DNA of 64,000 bases from Octopus vulgaris (Eukaryota): NCBI GenBank assembly GCA_951406725.2, contig OX597818.1:25358001-25422000 (forward strand), in the 5' to 3' direction. Shown here piece after piece: positions 55,907 through 64,000 of the stretch. Below the pieces are notes generated by a model that was not told the origin of the DNA, searched no databases, and was given only the letters and a program-made list of their open reading frames with translations. Position 1 is the first letter of the stretch, and each line of letters starts with the position of its first letter. The translations under genes and the position numbers were made by a program.

Positions 55907-56116
55907 CCCTTTAGCATCTAAACTGGCCGTATCCAGCCAAAATATTCTTGCCTTATGTTCAAACCAGCCAGATCAAGCACCTCACACCAACCCTACAATG
56001 TCATTCTAAAAATAAACAATTACACCATTGAAATCCTTAAGCTACAAGGTAATGCATGCTTATTCAAAACAATATGAATGAATAAGCATTGCATTTAAGT
56101 AATGAATGCTAAGGGG
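55907..56116 (+). mobile_element. piggyBac-type MITE, family 2
   Basis: ccctttagcat ... atgctaagggg; internal homology to 43612-43831. Confidence 0.82.
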
Positions 56117-56480
56117 TTACAGAACACCTTGGAGAAACCTGCTTTGCATGTGATAATGAAATTATTAAACAAAAACAACCCAAGTGGAAAACAAAGATTG
56201 CAGGAAATCTCAACAATCTACACTGCCATTTTGAATGGGTAACCACAAAATAAAATGTAAGAGAAGTAATGAGTTCATATCTCACCAGTTAAATCTTATA
56301 CAAAAAATACCAAAAACTTTTTTCGTGCCAAGCTTTTCATTGCTTTAAAGCACAAACTCAGAATGTTGAGTGAAAACGTTATTGTAGAAAAATATCTGTG
56401 CGAGCTAATATAAATCACAAGTTTGCTTCCAATGCACAGGCATTACACCAGGAGGTAAACAAGAAAAACATTACTATTAA

Positions 56481-56627
56481 CCCTTTAGCATTCACATTAC
56501 TCTGTCAAATGTAAATGTGATTGTAAATTTCCAAAATGACATTGTAGGGTAGGTGTGAAAGACAGGATCTGGTCATAAAGCAGGATGAATATTTGGGCTG
56601 GACATGGTTGGATTCAATGCTAAAGGG
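56481..56627 (-). mobile_element. piggyBac-type MITE, family 2 (deleted, inverted)
   Basis: TTAA|ccctttagcatt ... aatgctaaaggg|TTAA. Confidence 0.85.
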
Positions 56628-58029
56628 TTAAGAAAGCACGTTCTCAGGAACATCTTAAATTATTCTGATCTAAGATCTAGAAAGAAAAGAGAGGTTTCAA
56701 CCAGAATGCATCATGGCTAAACACATGTAAGACAGAATACTGTGCCAACATCAACAGTAAAACATACACAATCAACCCTGAAACTTTCACAATAGCTGTA
56801 GGTAAATGGGAAGGCACCTGAAAGAGACTTAAATGTTGGATACTTGTACAATAAGTTGACCTACAGAAATCCATTAATATGTATATTCAAAAGAACTATA
56901 GAAGTCCAGATTGACATATCACATTGGTTTGCTATAGTGAGGACAAATTTAATCAAGAATGAAACCAACTTGGCAGAAAGCTATAGGTTCATTTTTTTGC
57001 CTGAATACAAGCTTAACACTAGCTGTCTCAGCCAATTCATCTGGAATTATTGTGAGTCCAACAACATAGTGACTGATGAGCAGGTAGGTGGAAAGAAGGG
57101 AGCATGGGAATGTGCTGTACAACTTTTGATAAACTAAACTGTACTGTCAGAAGTAAGAAAATACTGCAGGAATCTTGTGACAGTGTGGCTTGATTGCAAG
57201 AAAGCATTCAACTCAGTTCCCCCACTCATAGTTGCTGAAGTCTTTGCATTTGGCATAAGGGTCTGCAACCTTAGTTAAGCCAATGAGAGGCTCACAAAGA
57301 ACTGAGCAACAATCCACACACTTAAAACTGAGAGTAGAACAATTGTTTCTGATATAAATATTTCAGAGAGAATATTCCAATGAGATAGCCTTTCCATACT
57401 ACTGTTTATTTTGACATTAAATTTGTTATAATTTATTGTGTAAAAATTCAATACCTACATGCTAAGGTCTGCAATTACTAGAGATAACCAATGTAATCCA
57501 TGATTTCTTTGTGGGTGACTTGAAGGTCTATGTTTAAATGCTTGCATGCCAACAAAACAATTGGAATTAATATCATATTCAGCTGACATAGGAATGGAAT
57601 TTAGCCAAAAGAAGTATTTGTATTTGATTGTTGAATGTGGAAAATTATTCCTCTAAACCCAGAACCAGTGCATCATAATCTATTTCTCCTGTTCCACACA
57701 AAGACTGCTACGCATGTCTAGGTATTGATGAAAATATATCATTCACAGGTGTTGTGAACAAAAATATAGTGACCTGAGAATATTACAACAGGCTTAGAAA
57801 CATAGCAGTCAGAGCTCTCCTTACAAGGCAATATTCCACAGTGCATTTGCAGTTCCTATACTGGTACCAGCATTGGCTAATTTCATCACCTGGCACTGGA
57901 TCCAAGTATACTTTCCTTGGCTTCAAATTCTTCCCACAGATCAGAGTAAACTTCCACCCTCCTCTTCTTCAAATCATGTGTCAACTCCCTCACATTTTCC
58001 TTACTCTAACGTTTTCTACCATCTTCTAT

Positions 58030-58478
58030 AATGCATTGTGATAACAGTTCAGTTGCGCAACACGCTTATGGTTTGTGACTCAACTGTCCACATGAATCAT
58101 TTTATCTGCTTCTCGGTGATCGACATCAGTGGTTGCTGTTGATGGTCTCCTATTGCTGGGTTGGTCTTCAACACTGGTTTCTGCTTCTTTAAACTTCTTC
58201 ATCCATCTGTGCACATTTCTCTTGCCAGTGGGGTTATCTCTGTAAATAACCTGTAACCTTCTGTGGATGTCAGAAAGCCTCGATTTCCTCTTCATCAAAA
58301 ACTCAATGACAGCATGTTGCTTCTGCTTGGAACCCATTACTTGCTTACAGTGGAAAACACGAAGAAAAGTTACCATAAAGCAAGAGTCACTCTTCCCACA
58401 TTTGCAATTTGAAAATATGTTAGTCCATAAAAAAAATGTTACATTCACTTCTGCATTACTTTTTGAACAAGTAATGTT
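58030..58478 (-). mobile_element. Mariner 5' fragment
   Basis: KQHAVIEFL...DIHRRLQVIY...NVHRWMKKFK...SVEDQP..RPST (HTH region). Confidence 0.82.
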
Positions 58479-58617
58479 CATGTATTGTTTATGTATTGTT
58501 GCTATTGAAGGAGAGTAGGTATTTATTCTGTGTACATCAAAACATGTTTCAGAAATCTGTTCATGGAAACATTGAAAAATATTTTTGAGATATTTCTGCT
58601 TAGAAGCAGTGCATATA

Positions 58618-59008
58618 GGCGCAGGAGTGGCTGTGTGGTAAGTAGTTTGCTAACCAACCACATGGTTCTGGGTTCAGTACCACTGCGTGGCATCTTGGGC
58701 AAGTGTCTTCTACTATAGCCTCGGGCCGACCAAAGCCTTATGAGTGGATTTGGTAGATGGAAACTGAAAGAAGCCCATCGTATATATGTATATATATATA
58801 TATGCGTGTTTGTGTGTCTGTGTTTGTCTCCCTAGCATTGCTTGACAACCGATGCTGGTGTGTTTATGTCCCCGTTACTTAGCGGTTCGGCAAAGAGACC
58901 GATAGAATAAGTACTGGGCTTACAAAAGAATAAGTCCCGGGGTCGAGTTGCTCGATTAAAGGCGGTGCTCCAGCATGGCCACAGTCAAATGACTGAAACA
59001 AGTAAGAT
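58618..59008 (+). mobile_element. Best-preserved tRNA-derived CORE-like SINE, CR1-tail type
   Basis: A box tggctgtgtgg, B box ggttcagtacc, CORE-like cttgggcaagtgtctt, central (TA/TG)n, and tail ggcggtgctccagcatggccacagtcaaatgactgaaacaagtaa. Confidence 0.92.
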
Positions 59009-59409
59009 AATAGATATCTGATTTAGCATAAAGTGTCTGTACCTATCCATCTTGGACCAGTTAGACATACAGTAGGTAAAGATACTTACTGGTTCAAAAT
59101 GTTCAGAATTGCAAATAGTTTGGAGCTGGTCCAAGATTCAAGAAGAGCTGTGAGGATTGAATCACAGAGAATATGACTTCGGAATGTAGTGGGAGTTGAG
59201 ATATATGTTCTCAATGTTGGATAAGATAGCTGAACAGCTGAAAGAAAACACACAATCCCCCAGAAACCAGATCAATTTAGAAGAAAGAGGAGAGATTCTG
59301 AGGCTGAATAACTAAAAGTGGTTTGTTTTTCTTAAACCTTTGGCATTATGTCCTACTTGAGAAGACCCATCAAGCCAAGCAAAATTGCAGTCATGGCGCA
59401 TAAATGCAC

Positions 59410-59588
59410 CCTGGTGCCAGTGGGACATAAAAGCATCCATTTCACTCAGAGTTATTGGCATTAGGAAGGATATCCAGCTGTAGAAAACCATGCCAAATCA
59501 GACTGGAGTCCAGTGTAGCATACCAGCCCAGTCAAGCCGTCCAATCCATGTTAGCATGGACAACAGACATTAAATGATGATGATGATA
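59410..59588 (+). mobile_element. RTE-type 3' terminus
   Basis: ttggcattaggaaggatatccagctgtagaaa...ccatgttagcatggacaacagacattaaatgatgatgatgat. Confidence 0.8.
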
Positions 59589-60736
59589 TTCAAGTTAGAG
59601 AGTGACTGATGGAGAGAGTAGATTGTACTAAAACACTTTTTCTAACATCTAACAAAATTGGAATACACTGACAGACAAAAAATGAGTTAGAGATAGACAT
59701 TCAGGTGGAAACCTCGTAATATATCTTATTAGGATAGATAAATTTTTAAGGTAAATCTATTAAATGAAAAGCAAGGCCATTTTAAAGAGTAGGATAAACT
59801 TTTATTTTAATTACTTTTTTCTATGATACTGTAATAGAACAATGAAGAAAGATAGTCTTTTTGTTGATTAAAGAAAGTCTTTTTGTTGATTAGATTGATG
59901 GAATATATAACCTATTGCTTCATGCATTGCTTGTTGTTTGCGAAAAAATTTACTGTTTAAAAAGAAAAATTAAATAATTCACTGAATATGAGTAATTAGA
60001 AGAAACTTTTGTTGATTATGTGAAAAGATTTAGAAAAGCTCCCTGAAGAATTAAAGCAAACTATTAGATATGGAAGTATTCATGTTTATAAAATTTTTCT
60101 TAGCACTGCTTTGTTTGGACTATTGGGACTATTAGTTCTGGATTTGGTATGCTAATTTGATGACTTCCAACTAATGAAGTAATATGGAAGGTTAATTTTA
60201 GTTTGGTATTCAAATACTGAGTAGCTACTATCTATATAAGCCCATAAAACTCAGTGATCTATAATAGTAAATCTAAAAAATGTCAGTCAGTCATTTTTAA
60301 TCTTAGGCTTTTTCTGCAACTATTTGCTAAAGGAGTATACAAATGTATCTGCCTGAAAGAAGAACCCTCCAAATATAGGCATGAAGGAACAACTGAGAAG
60401 GAATTTTAAAAATTTGATATTACTGTTTGTAAAATATCAGGAGCAAGTTCTTGATGAAATTTAAATGGAGCAAAGAATGATTAATTTGGATTTTTTAAAG
60501 TTTGTTTTTTGAAATGGTTGTTCCTGTTGAAACTATTGAATTAATAATGCTCATGAAGTGCATAAGCTCTATAACCTGACCATTACCTTCTAAAATCTCA
60601 TTACAACTGCTCAGTTTATCATACAAAGCATGAGCATTATATAATCATGAACATCACAATCTTTTTTCCTTGATTACTATGCAAGAAACTATAATTATTA
60701 TTGTTGTTAAATCACTTTTTTTTTTTTAATTTGCAG

Positions 60737-60795
60737 ATGCCTGTCACACCTTAACATGTGCAATAATGTTGTTAAACACAGATCTTCATGGCCAG
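60737..60795 (+). CDS. PSD: Next coding exon of the PSD/EFA6-like gene, Sec7 motif 2
   Basis: Poly-T tract plus ttgcAG acceptor and CAG|GTAAAA donor. Phase-1 junction with 39010 (G+AT=Asp) gives [20 protein letters not shown], the Sec7 'MLLNTDLH' motif in its EFA6 form. Confidence 0.95.
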
Positions 60796-61374
60796 GTAAA
60801 ATTAAATTATATATGGATACTTATATAGAATGTTTTCAAATTTATGAAGTAAAAATGTTCACATGGTTAAAAGAATAAGTTTTTACCTGAGGTATTTCAC
60901 ATAGATGTTTCTAGATGTAACTATATTATTTAAATTTCTTTAATTGTAGATATTTACCATGAAAACCCATGTAATTTACACACTTTTTTGGGGGGGAAAA
61001 ATAAAAATAAACTTTAGTGGGTGCATAAGTTACATGAGTAGATTGTTTCCAGAATTTTTTTAGAAATTTTTTTGTTGGAAAAAGATGTACAGATCATAAA
61101 CATTCATGCTGGAAGTTGATTATTTAAAGGGCTTAAATATAATGAAATTGACTTTTATTTAAGCTGGATGGTATAATGCTTACTTTTTCTGTATAAATTT
61201 GCTAAAACCATTAAATGGTTAACTACTTTTTTTTACATATTTTACTTGGTTGAGTAAAGTGCTATCCAAGCTGATGTTTATTGGTAATTAAACTTAATTT
61301 GCAACACCTGTGCATATTTATCAGCTTTGTTTTTTTGTTGATAATTCTTATCAACAACTTTTCCTGTGATCATG

Positions 61375-61735
61375 GTTTGAGAAGACATACAGCAGTATGA
61401 TAAAGATCATACATAATCTCTTGTGGGAAAAAAATATAAAATAGTTTATTATAAACAAGTTTAACCACCATATTTCCAACAACAATAACCTTGGGCACCT
61501 TTTTGAATTCCATATGACAAACACTCACTGACATGCTTATAAAATCAAAAAACAACACAGCACCCATGACTTTCACGCTCAGAATTGCTGAAGCATGGAA
61601 TAAGCTGTTGAGACACTACATCCTTCAAAACTTCCATGCGTCCATGAAATCTGCCAACAGTACACCTGATGGCTTCTATTTTTTTTTTTAGTTGTAGTGC
61701 ACCTGAGTACTGTATATAACAATTTCCTTCATTAT
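61375..61735 (+). mobile_element. CR1-group LINE 3' fragment (second family)
   Basis: HAYKIK..H...FTLRIAEAWNKL-like ORF2 end. Confidence 0.6.
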
Positions 61736-61804
61736 ATCATATACATATGCTCACAATTTGTAAAATAATACTTCAATTATTTCTGGTTATGCAGAGACAC
61801 ATAA

Positions 61805-62045
61805 ACACTCAGTCTCATACAGGTACGTGCATGTGCACACACAGTCTCACACAGGTACGTGCACAGTCTCATACAGATGCGTGCACACACAAACACACAC
61901 AAGCACAGTCTCATACAGGTGCATGCACACACAAACACAGTCTCATACAGGTGCATGCATGCACACAAACACACAGTCTCATACAGTTACATGCACCTAC
62001 AAACACACACAATCTCATACAGTTACGCACACACACACAAACATA
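61805..62045. repeat. Minisatellite with a unit of about 20-36 bp, core cacagtctcatacaggtgcatgca plus variable (CA)n
   Basis: About 8 recurrences of the cagtctcatacag core. Confidence 0.9.
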
Positions 62046-62623
62046 TACACAATCAGCGTAATATTTTTCATTCATTTATTTTTATTATTGGAATGCTAAC
62101 ATTGAACGAGGAGGAGGGTATACCGAGTAGCTAAAACAGACTGCCATTGTCAGTCTCATAAGGGAGGAGAAAGAGGGTATACTGAGTGAGTAAAACGGAC
62201 TGACACATGTCAGTCCTGTGAAACCAATTTTATTTATATAGACAACACAAACACTTTGTAATTTAGTAGCTCTTAATGTGATATCTGTTAAACAGAAATT
62301 ATTTTTATTTAATGAAAATTTAATAAAATCTAATCATGAGTGAAATTATGCTAAATACAACTAAATTGAAAACCTTTTCCCCCTCACCATATCAGCAATT
62401 CTGAAAACTTTTGGGTGCGAATTTTACATGGGTAGAAGCTTTTTTTAACAATTTTTATCCTGAAAATCACTTGCGCAAATTACATAGATGCACAATTTAC
62501 ATGGGTTTTTACGGTACTTGTTAAAGCTCATTTTTTTTTTTTTATAACTGTTAAGAGTAATAAATTGCCTACTTATTACATGGATGATACTTTTGAAGGT
62601 TTTAAAGGTATTTATTGAACATA

Positions 62624-63425
62624 TGAGGAGGTACCCCCCAGAAAACCAGAATTTTGCAATATTATTTTATACTTTTACATGTTTACACTTTTATCACCTT
62701 CAAAGTATTCTCCATTTGAAGCAATGCAAAGGTCCAGATGCATTAACTCTTATGAGTTATGCCTTTTAATGCCTCCATCATTTTTTTCCTTTGCCTCTTC
62801 CACATCTGCAAAACGTTTTCCTTTAAGGATTTTTTTCATTTAGGGGAACAAGAAGAAAGTCGCTGGGAGCAAGATTGGGTGAATAGGGAGGGTGGGTTCA
62901 TGCCATTTTGGGTCAAAAACTGCCTCACACTCAAGGCGGTGTCCAACTCTTGTGGCAACTTTTTTCATTCGCAATTCCTCGCTCAAAATTCGTTGGCAGG
63001 AGCTCCAAGACACCCGTCATACCAACAAGTTTTTCAATTGTTTGGTGAGTCCTCCAAGATTAGTTCATGAATTTTCATGATGTTTTCATTCATTTGGGAG
63101 GTGAACAGTTGCCCTGAATGAGGTTGGTCTTCAGGCAAGAAGTGACCATTCCTAAAGTAGGAAAACTACTCATAAACTTGTGTTTTGCTCATGACAGCAT
63201 CCTTGAAAGCTGTTTGAAGCATAACTACTGTTTCAGCTGCTTGTTTTCCCCAGCTGAAAACAGAATTTCATAGAAGCACCATGTGACAATACGACTTCAG
63301 AAGATGCAGCTGGTCAGCAACTGATGCCTGAGTGTCACATCAAGTGGCTTCTAACAACAGAAGCCTGACCCACAACAGGCTTGTCCCACAGAGAACATTT
63401 CTGGTTACTTTTGAGTACCTCCTCA
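62624..63425 (-). mobile_element. Mariner-family element, internally deleted, both TIRs present
   Basis: TA|tgaggaggtacccccagaaaaccaga ... tctggttacttttgagtacctcctca|TA. Confidence 0.82.
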
Positions 63426-63634
63426 TAAAGCATTAGTAGAAGTCCAGTTGAACCTCTAAAGAAATATGGCCTAAAATACACAATCTACTACTAGTTAAAA
63501 ATTTATAAAAATACTGCAGCATCATTACTTTTATAAAAGGTTCATAATTTCTGTTTTATTTCATATACAACTCTAGTTTAATATATAGCTTATATATATA
63601 TATCATTACTAGTTGTTTTAATATTATATACATG

Positions 63635-63985
63635 GACACAGGTATGTATATATTATGAAGAAGATTGCTTTGCAGCCACATGTTTCTAGGTTTGATTCCA
63701 TGGCACAAACATAAGGCCTTGTGAGTGAAATTTGGTTGTCAGAAAGTAAAGAATTTTGTGTGTGTGTGTTTGGACGTTTTGATGTGGGATGTGCAGAATC
63801 AAGTACATCAGATGCAAGTATCTTGTGACACATTCTCTCTCTTTATTTCCTGTGGGTTTTGCCTTTTTAACATTCTCCTCTGGTTGATAAAATACATACT
63901 GAAGTCTGGTGCCGCTTTTCAGTGCACCAGCCCAGTCAAACCATCCAACCCATGCCAGCATGGACAAAGGACATTAAATGATGAT
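63635..63985 (+). mobile_element. Decayed SINE head plus RTE-type 3' terminus
   Basis: ggccttgtgagtgaaatttgg core; ccaacccatgccagcatggacaaaggacattaaatgatga end. Confidence 0.6.
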
Positions 63986-64000
63986 AAAATCCTGGAGTTG

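Larger units (their letters stand above)
55350..57870 (+). mobile_element. Decayed R4/Dong-clade non-LTR retrotransposon
   Basis: EQVGGKKGAWECAVQLLIN*TV...NLVTVWLDCKKAFNSVP, RIFQ*DSLS.LLF, FVGDLKVY, SADIGMEF, LGIDEN and FAVPIL. The 5' boundary is uncertain. Confidence 0.75.
60957..62514. mobile_element. pogo/Tc2-like non-autonomous element with nested inserts
   Basis: TA|ccatgaaaacccatgtaattt ... aaatttacatgggtttttacgg|TA, with repeated subterminal ttacatg motifs. Confidence 0.55.

Noticed and set aside
58618-58690. Possible tRNA gene
   Set aside because: It is the head of a multi-copy SINE with no convincing cloverleaf or terminator.
59848-59895. 22-bp tandem duplication (aaagatagtctttttgttgatt)
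   Set aside because: Ordinary slippage duplication with no further structure.
61747-62134. His/Thr/Cys-rich ORFs and a CRISPR-like periodic pattern
   Set aside because: These are translations of a CA-rich minisatellite, with no unique spacers and no cas genes in a eukaryotic context.

Overview
AT-rich, repeat-dense animal genomic DNA, most consistent with an octopod cephalopod (inferred from the SINE, RTE and microsatellite landscape; not verified). The window lies inside a large + strand gene for a PSD/EFA6-type Sec7 Arf-GEF. Two clear coding exons (38817-39010 and 60737-60795) splice in frame across a 21.7-kb intron. A CpG-enriched promoter-like region at about 13.85-15.2 kb ends in a short ATG exon (15161-15225) that is phase-compatible with the Sec7 exon, and a candidate 93-nt stop-containing exon sits at 17185-17277. 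The rest is intron filled with decayed elements: RTE, CR1-group, R4/Dong, Hero and Penelope-like retrotransposons; tRNA-derived SINEs with interchangeable tails; mariner and pogo elements; TTAA MITEs; and Helitron-like elements. The most notable observations are two different minimal hammerhead-ribozyme-bearing elements (a 198-bp unit inside a (TA)n tract, and an inverted Penelope pLTR pair preceded by a tRNA-like head), two Helitron-like elements fused tail-to-tail through one perfect 41-bp palindrome, and the candidate alternative first and poison exons. Family assignments come from remembered motifs, not database searches, and repeat boundaries are approximate.
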